From positions 53,630,001-53,694,000 of the forward strand of contig NC_043013.1 of the NCBI RefSeq assembly GCF_006345805.1: a stretch of 64,000 bases of DNA, given 5' to 3'. The position numbers and the translations under genes are program-made. Origin of the DNA: Octopus sinensis (taxonomy: Eukaryota). The notes beneath the pieces were generated by a model. It ran no database searches, was not told the DNA's origin, and saw only the letters and a list, made by a program, of their open reading frames with translations. Positions 1-12,799 of this stretch are shown one piece after another; within the stretch, counting starts at the first letter, position 1, and every line of letters starts with the position of its first letter.

Positions 1-619
1 CTTCCAGCTGTTCTTTCAGTTCATGGCACACATTCAGTCGTGACTGCTTTTGACCTTCCGGGAGTAAGCGAGACACACATTTTGTTACCAATCTTTTCCT
101 TCGCAATTCCTCGCTCAAAATTCGTTGGCAGGAGCTCCATGGTACACCAGTCACATCAACAAGTTCGTTAGTCGTTCGGTGACCGTCCTGGAAGATCACT
201 TCATGAATTTTCAGGTGTTCATTCATTCGGACGGTCGACGATCGTCCTGATTGAGGATGGTCCTCAAGTGATAAGTGAAGATTCCGAAAACGTGGAAACC
301 ACAGGTAAACTTGTGTCTTGCTGATGCCTTGTAAGCTATTTGAAGGATGACAACTGATTCAGCTGCCGTTTTTACCGAAGAAAACAAACTTTCCCAGAAG
401 CACGCTCTTCCTTCGTATCACCCATCACAAAAATCGACGAACAGGTGTTAGCATTATAAACCAAAGACTCACTACGTGGCAGTACGACATCATCAGATGA
501 CGCCGGTCAACAGATTGATGCCTGAGGATCGCATCAAGTTGATTCTAGCGGCGGAAGCCCAAACTGCAACTGGTTTCTATCACAGAGAACGTTTTAGGTT
601 ACTTTTGGCTACTCCCTCG
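1..619 (-). mobile_element. Mariner DNA transposon, 5' part: TIR plus decayed transposase N-terminus, running off the window start
   Basis: The minus strand begins TA|CGAGGGAGTAGCCAAAAGT at 621-601. From ATG at 425 it reads, with frameshifts, MGDTKEERASGKVCF..GKTAAESVVILQIAYK..SKTQVYLWFPRFRN..SLEDHPQSGRSST..WSSCQRILSEELRRKRLVTKCVSRLL. This is the mariner HTH region with GRP-like and WVPHEL-equivalent motifs. Confidence 0.9.
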
Positions 620-676
620 TATATACCTATTTGTATATATATGAATACACACACACACAACACACACACACACACA

Positions 677-707
<31 letters not shown>

Positions 708-1089
708 CATATATTTTTATATATATATATATATACATATATATTATATATACACACATACATGCATATCATATGGGTGTGTGAGCATATATACCACACC
801 TTTATATATATATCTATATATATATGTATGTATGTATGTATGTACGTATGTATGTATGTATGTATGTATGTATGTATGTATGTATGTATGTATGTATGTA
901 TGTGTGTATGTATGCATGTGTGTATGCATACATGTGTTCATCTTTCCCTACCAGATATATATACATCATGCTTCCATCCTGACATTTTCCATTAAAATGA
1001 TTCACTGAATTAATATTTGTTTTGCGCTGTTGTCTACTTTTTTTTTTACTTTTTTCTCATTTCATGTCGATTTCTTTGATTTCATTGTT

Positions 1090-1159
<70 letters not shown>

Positions 1160-1392
1160 ACATCATCGCTATTATTGTTGTTTGTAGTTATATTTTGACT
1201 TTATTTTTTTCAGTTATTTCTGAAGGAAAAGAAAACAAGCTCTGGGTATGTTGTGAGAGGATACAGTGAGAACATGAGTCGAAAAAGGAGAGAAAGAGAA
1301 ATGGAGACAGACAGAGAGAGGAGAGAGAGAGAGAGAGAGAGAAAGAGTGAAAGAGGGAAAAAAGAAGGAGAAAGAGAAAAATTGGTAGAGGA

Positions 1393-1423
<31 letters not shown>

Positions 1424-1785
1424 TTTGAAGGTAGGATAGGAATCATCTCTTTCGGATTAAAAGCAGATTACAAACCGCAGCCCGTTGAGACGTTTCAGCG
1501 ATTTGATTACTTTAACAGAACTGCTGCTTTCTAACTTGAGTGCAGTGAGTTGAAGAAAAGACCTGAAGAGAACTCTTTGGGTGGTAACGCTCTCACTTTG
1601 CTACACACTTTTAACTCAGAGCTGTGCATGTGTAAGTCCGTATAGTTCGCTTGCTGCTTCCACTCCAGGGCCACATAATCACGATATATATGTATATACA
1701 TACATATATATATGTATATGTATATATATGTATATATATGGTAAGCGAACTTTGATTATAGTATACACTCATACAGACATCCATA

Positions 1786-1818
<33 letters not shown>

Positions 1819-2091
1819 TATATATATATGTACATATATATATACACATATATATAAATATATATATACGTATACACACACACATATATATATATATGTA
1901 TGCATGTATGTATAAATGTATGTATCTGTATGTATATGTGTATATATGTAATATATCTAGGAAAATACATATGTGAGCGTGTATACGGATATATGCAATG
2001 TACGATTATGTTCAAGTATAAGTGTATGCATAGATAGACGGGCAGGCAGATAGATAGATAGATAGATAGATATATAGATAGATAGATAGAT

Positions 2092-2130
<39 letters not shown>

Positions 2131-2158
2131 AAGATAGATAGAAGATAGATAGATAGAT

Positions 2159-2205
<47 letters not shown>

Positions 2206-2226
2206 CAGATAGACAGATAGATAGAT

Positions 2227-2317
<91 letters not shown>

Positions 2318-2520
2318 AAGAAAGATAGATAGATAGATACATGGAGAGAGAGATACAAACACGTATATAAATTGTTTGTATTTGAGTCAGAATAGGAGAG
2401 ACTTTCCCCATAATTATGATATATATATGGTAAGCGAACTTTGATTCTAGTGTATACACAAACACACACACACAGATCCATATATATATATATATATATA
2501 TATATGGATATATATATATA
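620..2520. repeat. Compound microsatellite field: (TA)n, (CA)n, (TATG)n, (ATC)n at 1089-1167, (GA)n and (GATA)n at about 2049-2339
   Basis: Directly visible simple repeats; they explain the low-complexity ORFs here. Confidence 0.95.
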
Positions 2521-2582
2521 CACAGAAGAAAACAAGGAGAGAAAAAAAATGCGTAATATATATATATATATATATATATATA

Positions 2583-2764
2583 TTACGCATTTTTTTCTCT
2601 CCTTGTTTCTCTCCTTGTTTTCTTCTGTGTATCTTTCTATCGAAGAGCGTAGGCTCGAAACGTTAAAATACTTTTTCTATTTCTATTCCTGAGCGCTATA
2701 CTAATACATTTGTTTGTTTGTACTCCATCTGCCTTTGTCTTTTGTTTATTTTCGTAAACTTTCC

Positions 2765-2766
<2 letters not shown>
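2583..2766 (+). mobile_element. Short (TA)n-embedded repeat, family A, with a minimal hammerhead-like motif
   Basis: Homologous to 13885-14075 and 47998-48195 (both reverse). Shared core GAAGAGCGTAGGCTCGAAACGT; flanked by (TA)n on both sides. Confidence 0.75.
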
Positions 2767-2799
<33 letters not shown>

Positions 2800-2802
<3 letters not shown>

Positions 2803-3176
2803 TACCGTCAGAATTAATTAGCACCTTGATTTGCTCTTCACTCAAGGTATGTGCTGTCACCTAGTGCCATATCTCGAACTATTGCTTTGTTGCGAGTTCA
2901 CTGTTGCGCAGAACGATGACGTAACTTTGTTTGCAGAGCAGTTTGAGAGTCTACACAGCCTTATGATGTTGACATAGAAGTGCAACAACAACTTGGAGTG
3001 CGGATGCAGACAAATTCCTTTGTTTAATAGATATAGGTAGCGCCTCGCAAGGACCGAAATCACGCCATACTAAGTTTTCTCATCGCGTAATACGTTTTGA
3101 ACAGCTCATAGGTTAATTGATTTAACCTATTTAATGTAGAAATTTGAGAAGTGCTAATTAATTTCTGACGCAAGTG
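2800..3176. mobile_element. Tc1/mariner-type non-autonomous element (MITE)
   Basis: TIRs CACTACCGTCAGAATTAATTAGCAC and GTGCTAATTAATTTCTGACGCAAGTG, with TA on both sides. Confidence 0.8.
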
Positions 3177-3430
3177 TATATATACATATATATAATTGCC
3201 CGCAGAAGCAGTCTCTTCATCCTATATTGTTAGTAGTAAACTCACTGCTTGTTACAAGAGGATCGGTAACCATTACAATATGTAGCGGCGATAGGTCAAC
3301 ACGTTGTTCTGAGACTGACCAAGGAATTTTTATTTTTAGATATAAATGATGTACTTAAATGTAGTTGTGTTTTTAGCTTCTGCTTTTTCCATGACCGCAT
3401 GTGAGTATTTTATTTATATTCCCTCGTAAG

Positions 3431-3491
3431 CTCTACTGAAGAAGAATGTATCCTTTATAGGGATTAATTCCGAAATTGATTCAATATAGAG
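3431..3491 (+). ncRNA. Type I hammerhead ribozyme motif
   Basis: ctcta-CTGAAGA-[agaatgtatcctttatagggattaattcc]-GAAA-TTGATTCAA-TA-tagag. Stem I ctcta/tagag, stem III ATTG/CAAT, AUA triplet. Lies in a (TA)n-flanked insert of about 3195-3623. Confidence 0.8.
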
Positions 3492-3657
3492 ATAACGAAA
3501 TTTAAATTTTCTAAAGGTTAGTTTCCCGCTTTCAGTTCAACTTTCCGGTAACAAGTGGATTATAAGTGGATAAATCAGTGTATTGGCTATAGAATAACCT
3601 TCTTTAGCCCTTAATTATAAAATGTATATATATATATATATATATATATAGTAGATA

Positions 3658-3713
<56 letters not shown>

Positions 3714-4018
3714 AACAGCCTCTATAGCATTACAACCCCCTCTGTACTTTAATTTCTTTACAAAGAACTTCTGACATCTATTTCACCCCTATTCCTATAA
3801 ATAGAAAATCTTTTTTGTCTTTTTTCAACTGATCACTCATCCCAACCTTCTAGCTGTTCAAAATTACTGAATATTCTGAGTATTCTTCAGTCATTTGATA
3901 AACTCTGCTACCTGAATGTTCTTAAAATTTAAATCGACATCTTTGTCTATATACCTATCTTCTCTATAATGTTATCAATTGATATGAAAATTATGTATTA
4001 ATGGAAAACCTCTATTAA

Positions 4019-4101
4019 GGACTGATGATTGTTCAACATTTTAAAACTGTTGTAATACTTACAATATTTAATAAAATGATGTAGCGTGAAACGATCGTAC
4101 C
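4019..4101 (+). ncRNA. Type I hammerhead ribozyme motif, weak stem I
   Basis: gg-a-CTGATGA-[long hairpin acatttta..gttgtaa/ttacaat..taaaatg]-GAAAC-GATC-GTA-cc. Palindromic stem III loop. Confidence 0.65.
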
Positions 4102-4136
4102 AAATTACCGAAGATATTCTTGTTGTTTATTTATGT

Positions 4137-4170
<34 letters not shown>

Positions 4171-4522
4171 ACAGAGAGGGGAGTGGGAGACAAAGTTTAT
4201 TGTTAAGTATACAATTTCTAAATATGGTGTATTTCTGAACATTGGAGTACAAAGTCTGTATATTGCAGCTCCCGAAAATTTTAGGCCTCAAATCTGCATA
4301 ACGGAAAACGATGTCTGTTCCTGTAAACATTCTTAAAATTTTGAAAATGTGTTTAACCAATTCTCGTTATCCGCTTCACGTGAGCCACAATGATAGACAC
4401 GAAACTACTTCAACAATGCTCCTCGTCGTTAGTGAGTGCTGTAGTAGGTGTAGATTATTTTATGCCTCATCGAGACTGGTCTTTGTTCAGGGGTTAGAAG
4501 ATATGTACATATACATACATAC

Positions 4523-4572
<50 letters not shown>

Positions 4573-4585
4573 ATATAATATATAT

Positions 4586-4618
<33 letters not shown>

Positions 4619-4796
4619 TTATATATATGTATATATATGTACATATATGTAAATATATATATATATATGTATATATATATGTATGTACATATATATATAA
4701 GCATGTATGTATATGTATGTAAACGTATATGTCTGTACGGATGTACTGTTACAGCAATTAATGCGCATATACCCGCATAAATAAATGAATATATAT

Positions 4797-5007
4797 AAAC
4801 CTTACTTTTCATACATCTTTCTCTATTGCTTCTTACTCGTAGCGTTCCGATGGAAATGAATATAGAGTCAGGAATCTATAGAGAGATGGAGTGAAGAAAT
4901 ATATATATAGTATAAATATACATATATAATATAAGCACACGTACACGCATACATACGTCTGTGTGTGAGCTTTTGGGGCGTGTGTACGTGTGTGCCTGAT
5001 TACATGT

Positions 5008-5095
<88 letters not shown>

Positions 5096-6261
5096 TGCGT
5101 GCGTGTGTGTTCTTTCGTGGTTTTCATTTTTGAGCTCATCACACTGGCCGAAAGGTTTGTTCCTAGCCTAGAATCAAGACTCTTCCATTAGAATTTGGAC
5201 GAAACCAAACTGTGTAAACCTGTATGTTTATAGGCAGTCACTATTTCTTTTCATTTCTTCCTACTCGTCCCAGATGGTTGGAAATGGCTTCTAACAAAAA
5301 GAAAAGAAGAAAAAAGAACATCATTAACAAGTGTTGCATTACAACAACGTTAATGGTGATATATTGAACTGTAGGAAATTCTTTTTACTGTTCCATTTAG
5401 AGATTGTATTTTTAATGTTTGTGTTAGTGTTTTTTTCTGTTCGCAAATTCCAGTTGTTCCAAATGGTCACTTATTGGTCTACTAACATAACCATCTCCAC
5501 CAATGGTCACTGATACGAATGTGAATTTTTAATCAGACAAAAGAAGATATTGTTTCGAAGTAACTGTCCAGAAATGTTCTTCTTCTCCTTCTCTAGATCA
5601 AGAGTTATTCAACAAATCCTCAATTAGCCTTCTTTCAAATTGTTTGTTTAGCTGAGAGGATAATGTTATTTTCACAGTGATCTTAGAGGAATAGATTCAG
5701 ACAGGTCGTGTGCAGTTTTTACATGAGATTTTGCCGTGCAGATGGCCAGTAGTTTTTTATCCTTTCAATGGCATTCTGTACAAGTTCTCTTCCTAGTTTT
5801 AATTATCTGAAATCTTCCTGTAAGCGAGGAGCTTGTTTGAAACAAACGATACAAAGCACCAACGCTGGAATGTAGATAACAAACACAGTATTACAATTTG
5901 AACTTTAGAGAGGTCTTGCATATTTGTATTGGGGTTTTCGCATTATGCACACACAAACACACATAGAAGTACATACATACACACAGAAGGAAAGTAGAAG
6001 ATAGAAATAGAGAGTGAGAGAGAAAGAAAGAGAAGATTTAAACACATAGTACATTATTGATATATGCATTTATGTACGATGTATGTATGCAAGTCCGTAT
6101 ATCTGTATGCACTTATGCACATGTAAGTAAATATATGGGTGCATCTGAGGGTGCATTTCGATAGATATATATATATTCATATATCTATAGATGTATAGAT
6201 TTACATAAGCACAAATACGTATGCGTAATAATGCGCGTATAGATATCTGCATGTATGAATA

Positions 6262-6293
<32 letters not shown>

Positions 6294-6454
6294 GGAAAAT
6301 AGACAGAAGCACAGATAGAAAGACAGACATATAAAATATATTGATATTCGTGTGTTTATGCGTATATATATGCAAGTCTGCGTTTACGTAAGTAAACACG
6401 CGCAATCACAAACATATATACATATACGTACATACATACATATTAAATGTGTAT

Positions 6455-6495
<41 letters not shown>

Positions 6496-6583
6496 TATAC
6501 ATGCACATTTAATATCTATGTATGTATATATATATACCTACATAAATATTAAATGTATATATCTATGCATGTACAAATATATA

Positions 6584-6628
<45 letters not shown>

Positions 6629-7014
6629 ATATATATATAATATATATATATATGTAGACTTATATACATATATACAGATATGTATGTATGTATGTGTGTG
6701 TATGCTGTGTATACGGGGTGTGCCTGTATATTTCCGTGTGTATTTCTGTATGTGTTTCATTAAACCAACTTCTATAAATTTATTTAGCTCTCTATTCCCA
6801 ATTGAAACTGCGATGTTTCCAATCCACTTAACCTATTTAAAAATATATATCTCGTGAGAAATTAATACCGCACCATTAAAGATTGCCTTATTCTTCGATC
6901 TTTGCAAAAACCTTACTTTTCATATATCTTTCTCTATTGCTTCTTACTCGTAGCGTTCCGATGGAAATGAATATAGAGTCAGGAATCTATAGAGAGATGC
7001 AGTGAAGAAATATA
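4797..7014 (+). repeat. Dispersed direct duplication of about 107 bp (4797-4903 and 6908-7014)
   Basis: aaaccttacttttcata..cgtagcgttccgatggaaatgaatatagagtcaggaatctatagagagatg..gtgaagaaatata occurs twice with 2 mismatches seen; offset 2111. Confidence 0.9.
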
Positions 7015-7263
7015 AATAGCCCATCCGCATTAACACACACACGCACACGCGCGCACAAACAGACTCATTGATTTATGTGTGTGGATGACCGTTAGTGTGT
7101 TTGGCAGTAATGCTCTACACGTGTTTCAAAAGCTGCACCGAACGCATGCTTTGTGACTTAAGGATTTTACGTAAATATTCACGAGACGTACGTCGGGCTC
7201 ATTTGTTTCTTTATTTTCATATATATGTATGAGCATTCACACACACACACACATGTATATATT

Positions 7264-7653
7264 TCTATATATATAGAGCTGAAGTTGTCTTTGTATGGCA
7301 GGTTTGGTAGCCTTCAACTAACACTATCTCCTCCGAGACCATGCGGCGCAAGTTGACCAAAATTGAAAGTATGATAGAAAAAGGCTTGCTCTTCCTTCTG
7401 TAGAAGGAAAAATTCAAATCGGACCATGTTAACACCAAAAATTATTTACATCAAAAAGGTGCTTTTTTTCTATGAGAATTCCTATTTTTTACGATTTTTT
7501 GACTGCTGTGTCTCCATTTTCGGTGTATTTTAACCAGAAAAGCTGATCACTTAGAGTGAATAACAAGCTACATAATGCAAAATATTTACTTTTCAAAAAT
7601 TCCAATTCTAAAGGGTCGACACAAACCCGAGCAACGCCGGGCGATACTGCTAG
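7264..7653 (+). mobile_element. Non-autonomous Helitron
   Basis: 5' TCTATATATATA; 3' hairpin CCCGAGCAACGCCGGG followed by CTAG|T. Confidence 0.8.
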
Positions 7654-8001
7654 TATATATATGGGGGGGGTGTATACATAATCATAGGTGCGTTCTTTTG
7701 ATGTTTTTGTCGGTAAGTTATGTTTTATCCCTATTTTTTATACTTATTTCCTTATTTTATTTTTTACCCCACGCTTTCAATTCCCTATGTTTAGTTATCC
7801 TTATGTTCTTCTACTTTTACACCACTTAATTATTTTCAACGCGTAGAGTGTATTTTTTTCTTTTTGGTGAATATCAAATCAATTTTTAGCTCATAATTCA
7901 CAATCCCTGTTCCATTATGCTGCCCATTGTCTAATGATGCTGAATGGGGAACCAGTTTTTGGGGGTTGCATTCAGTTGTACCGATGTAATGTAAGATAAA
8001 T

Positions 8002-8368
8002 ATAGTAATATTAACAATAATACTTGAATGGAATTTATCAAAATTTAGTGCGTCGCTACATTCCCTAAATCACAGTCCGTATTCCTGGGATAATTCCAGA
8101 GCTGTCCATAGCATCCGTGGGCATCGGGTTGATCATCTTCATGGACTCTTTTCTTCAAGCGATATAACAATGTTTACCAGAGGGATGTTACATCAGTAAT
8201 ATTACATCGTCTGAAGAAATGAATCTATGAAGATGATCAACCCGATGCCTATGGATATTACGGACTACACTGTAATCATCTCGGGAATATGGACTGCGAA
8301 AATGTGCTTCGTAACAATGCATTAAAATGTTTATAAATTCCATCAAAGGATTATTGTTATATTACTAT
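8002..8368. mobile_element. Long imperfect palindrome (foldback or MITE-like)
   Basis: Arms pair along their length: atagtaatattaacaataat/attattgttatattactat, atggaatttat/ataaattccat, ggcatcgggttgatcatcttcat/atgaagatgatcaacccgatgcc. Confidence 0.8.
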
Positions 8369-9603
8369 GTATATATATATATATATATATACATCAAAAT
8401 TGCAGATGAAGTTTATTTCTCTCTTTACACACTCTAAAAAAATTGTAATCGGGCCATATGTATCCCATTCTACTGATTTTTATACGCATATTCCCAAATT
8501 CCAGTCTTATTTAACCTGTTAAAAAGATATTGCTCCTGAAAAATGAAGGTCATGGAGCTCTAAAATGTGAGAGTTAAGGCCCCTGTTGGGGATGGGCATC
8601 TTAATGTCAACCAGAGAAGTTGAATTGTTGGGAATCATTTTAACTTGGGTCTTATATCTATTGTTTGAATTTCTTTGAAATAGGAAATATATGTTCACTG
8701 GGTTTGTAAAAGACAGCAAAGCTACAGGAAACCAAAAGACGAATGATCACAATAAGCAGTCAGTTACCCTACCCTAGTCGGTACCACTCCCAATCTAGTA
8801 TTCCTCACCATCCAGGTGACAGGCACAGCCGTAAGATGCATTACGAATCTATAGCAATTGGAAGGGTGTGACCCAACTGAAATCAACATTAACAACTGTG
8901 TGACGAGAGGGCTAAGGAGAAATTAAAGTGTCATCTCTGGAATTTGAAAATGACCACTATACTGTTACGTAACTGGACAGAATAAATATATAATCTATAA
9001 ATATCTCTGAATAACCAGTCACTCATCTGGGAATGCCTTGAAATCAATGTTACCATCTGGGGATTATATGTGACCCAGTGATAATAAAAAGACTGAAAGG
9101 TCTGCAATCAAATAACTTTACTCAACACTTTGCAACTGAATCAGTGGAGGCAAAGATGCCTCTCATTTACTTGACAATTTATGCACCATATTGCAGAAAT
9201 CACAATGTAAGTGTATGTCGAAGAAAACTGTTACACTGTTGTCCCATTGAATTAGAAATAATGCCCAACTTTTATGCTCGTGTAACCCTACTGCTTCCAA
9301 GAGCACAACTGTATTCATTTTTGCTTAGATAAAATGACAGAATTGTGGGTGTTAAGTCCTCACGAAGGAGATTTTCTAACTTGTAAGAAGATGAAATTTC
9401 ATAAATATTACTTCATTTAAGTCTAATATCTATGGTCAAAATTTCATCAACAGCAAAAATATATGAATTGTCATGGGGGATATTGCCCTTATGCATAGAA
9501 TATAATTTCCAAATTTCATAAAGATCCATTCAGTACTTTTGACCTAGTTTTGGATCAAAACAGAAATGACTAAAATTTGGGAGTTAAGGATCCCATTAGG
9601 GTG

Positions 9604-9640
<37 letters not shown>

Positions 9641-9642
<2 letters not shown>

Positions 9643-10172
9643 ATAGAAATATTAAAATTACTAAGTCTCTATAAAAGAGATTACGGCAGCGTTTACTGGA
9701 AATTAATTGTTATCGCCATATTAATATGGCATCCTTATAGATATAAGAATAATCGCTGCCGCTGGTCATCTCCATGAGGCCACCGCCTTAAGATAGCTAT
9801 TGATACACGATCTGTATCCATTATAACCTTCGAACAAGGGAAGTCAGCCGCTTCACACTGCCAGTCCGACAGCTAAAGACGCGATTCGAGGTATTGTCCC
9901 TTGTCAATGTAGCGCAGTCAGACCTCGCAGGTGTCGCCACTGACGTCTCTGTTCGAAGGTTTCTATTTACCTAGTTTCAGTGGAATACATCCACTTGTTT
10001 TCAATAATAGAAATATTAAAATTACTAAGTCTCTATAAAAGAGATTACGGCAGCGTTTACTGGAAATTAATTGTTATCGCCATATTAATATGGCATTCTT
10101 ATAGATATAAGAATAATCGCTGCCGCTGGTCAGCTCCATGAGGCCACCGCCTTAAGATAGCTATTGATACAC
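9641..10172 (-). mobile_element. About 1.5-mer of a 364-bp unit containing a hammerhead (pLTR or retrozyme-like)
   Basis: 9641-9808 is repeated at 10005-10172 with 2 mismatches seen; begins at a (TA)n tract. Confidence 0.8.
9960..10013 (-). ncRNA. Hammerhead ribozyme motif, U3-A8 core variant
   Basis: Minus strand tttctatt-a-TTGAAAA-ca-agtgga(tgtat)tccact-GAAAC-TAG-GTA-aatagaaa: 8-bp stem I and 6-bp stem II. Confidence 0.65.
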
Positions 10173-10250
10173 ACACATAGACTAACATATATACATACAT
10201 ATATATATGATTGATTTGTTTCAGTTCCTGTCTACGAAATCCATATATAT

Positions 10251-12602
10251 TGTTGTTGGCATCCTGTTTGTCTCGGGAGACAATGGAGTTGCGCATAAAA
10301 TAAAATAATCTAGTCAGGCTTTTATATTTCACGTCCAAGCCATCTCATATGTCTTTGTGTGAGGAGTGCAAACATGCTTGGTATTCCTTCTTGCTTGAAG
10401 ACATCTTTGTTGGGGACATGATTCTGCCATTTGATGCGAAGGATTTTCCGGAGGCAGCGCAGGTGAAAGATATTTAGGCGACACTCTTGGCGTGTGTATG
10501 GCGTCCAAGTCTCACTTCCATACAGTAGAGTGCTAAGTACACATACCTGGTAAATCTTAATTTTTGTGGTCTTGGTCAGCTTATTGTTGTCCCATGCCCG
10601 TTTGGAGAGTTGGGCCATCGCAGCAGCTGCCTTGCCAATGCGTATATTGAGCTCAGCATCAAGGGATAGGTTGTAGGTGACGGTAGAGCCAAGATAGGTA
10701 AACTTCTCCACCTCCTGTAGTCTGTGGTCTCCAATATGTATGTTGGGATGTCCAATGTAGCCTGACCCATGATGTTGGTCTTCTTGAGGCTGAGAACTAA
10801 GCCAAAGTTGATACTTGCCTGCTCAAAACAGTTTATGAGCCTTTGTAGGGCTTCTTCTGTATGTGATACCAGAGCGGTATCATCAGCAAATAGCATCTCC
10901 TTGATCAGGACGCCTCTGATTTTGGTCTTGGCACGCCGACGCGAGAGATTGAACAGTTTCCCATTACTTCCACGGTGCAGAAACTCTTCATCATCTGATG
11001 TCTCAAAGGCATGTGACTGCAGCAGCGAGAAGAAGATGCCAAATAATGTAGGAGCAAGGACACAACCTTGCTTTACCCCGTTTTTTATTTGGAAGGCGGC
11101 TGATGTTGAAGCATTGTGCTGCATGGTGCCTTGCATATCATCATGGAAAGATTTGATGATCCTCAGCAGCCTTGGTGGACATCCGATTTTTTTGAGCAGG
11201 ATGAAAAGGCCTTTTCTACTTACCAAGTAAAAGGCCTTTGTCAGATCAATGAAGGCCATATATAATGGCATTTTCTGCTCTCTGAACTTCTCCTGAAGTT
11301 GGCGTATGGAGAATATCATGTCAATAGTTGATCTGCTTCTTCTAAAGCCACACTGCGATTCTGGATAAATTCGAGAAGCAAGCAGTTGTAGCCTGGACAG
11401 GATAATGCGATCAAAGGCCTTTCCAACGGTGCTTAGAAGAGATATTCCACGGTAATTGTTACAATCACCACGGTCACCTTTGTTTTCTGTAAAGCCCAAT
11501 GATGTTAGCATCCCGCATATTCTGAGGGACTGTACCCTCTTCCCAGCACTAACACAGAAGCTCATGAAGGTACCGAAGCAGGATGGTGTTTTTACCGATT
11601 TCGATGATATCTAAGGGGATGCCGTCTTTTCCTGGAGCCTTGTTACTTGCTAGGGAGTCAATAGCCTTGGTGAGCTCTGCGATAGATGGCAGACTGTCAA
11701 GTTCGCTCATGACTGGCAAGATCTTGACACCCTCGATTGCAGCCTCAGCTACCGTGGTCTCCCGTGAGTAGAGATCCTGGTAGTACTCCACCCATCTATC
11801 CATTTGCTTGTTTTTGTCCTTCATGAGATCTCTAGTAGTTGATTTCAGAGGGGCTGACTTAGTTGCAGATGGACCAAGGACCTTCTTCAAACCAGCATAC
11901 ATCCCACGGGTGTCGCGACTGTTAGCAGCTGACTGAATACTCTGACAGATTTCCTGCCAATACCTATTTGCACAGCGTCTGGCAGTCAGTTGGATTTTAT
12001 TTCTTGCCTTTCTGAGTTCTTCGAGTGACTTCGTAGAAAAATCCCTCTTGTATTGCACCAGAGCTGCACGCTTTGCTTCCATAATTGTTTCCAACTCTGA
12101 GAGCCCAGCACTGAACCAATCTGGGTTTTGCCTTTCTTTCATACCGAAAGTGTCTATTGATGTGGTATACAAAGCTTCCCTGATATAATTCCACTTACTT
12201 TCAGCAGAGGAGGTTGGGCAGCTACTGAGGGCAACTTTGATAGCAACAGCAAAACATTGTCGCAGTGTAGGGTCCGAGGTTCTGGCAGTGTTAATGCGTG
12301 GTCGGCCCCTTTTCTTGGAGTGATGGACATTTTTAGGCAGAATCCTCAACCTGCTTCTTATTAGCGAATGATCTGTGTCACAATCCGCGCTGTGGTAACT
12401 ACGGGTCAGTTGAACAGATTTCAGAAAGGATCTTCGTGTAATGATGAGATCCAGCTGATGCCAGTGGTGAGATCTTGGATGTCCCCAAGATGCCTTGTGG
12501 GATGTTTCGTTGGCGAAGAATGTGTTAGTGATGCACAGGTTATGGTATGTGCAAAATTCAAGTAGTCTCTGACCATTGTCTTTCATGTTGCCAATACCAA
12601 AA
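10251..12602 (-). mobile_element. RTE-clade (BovB-like) non-LTR retrotransposon, truncated at both ends and frameshifted (APE C-terminus plus RT)
   Basis: ORFs 11549-12625, 10576-11565 and 10322-10711 give NGQRLLEFC..ITNTFF..WHQLDLII..ADCDTDH, KAPGKDGIP, NYRGISLLS, QCGFR..STIDMIF, AFIDLTKAF, GVKQGCVLAPTLF, LFADD, FTYLGS, LLYGSETW. Confidence 0.95.
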
Positions 12603-12799
12603 CACATACACTTACATATATACATACATACATATATATACGATTGATTTGTTTCAGTTCCTGTCTACGAAATCCATATATATATATATGTGTGTGTGTA
12701 TGTATGTATGTATGTATGTATGTATGTATGTATGTATATACACACACACAAAGATAAATTGATAGATTGTGGGTAAACAAGAATATGAGATACTGCGTA

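Noticed and set aside
7113-7185. Minus-strand GAAAC-ACGT-GTA with ctc/gag stem
   Set aside because: The core reads GTGAATA; at best a decayed hammerhead, so not counted.
8430-9603. Possible CACTA/EnSpm-like element (CACTCTAA..TTAGGGTG)
   Set aside because: TIR match is only about 8 bp, with no TSD or transposase remnant.
10769-11230. Plus-strand 153-aa ORF (also 59201-59719 minus)
   Set aside because: Antisense shadows of LINE coding sequence.
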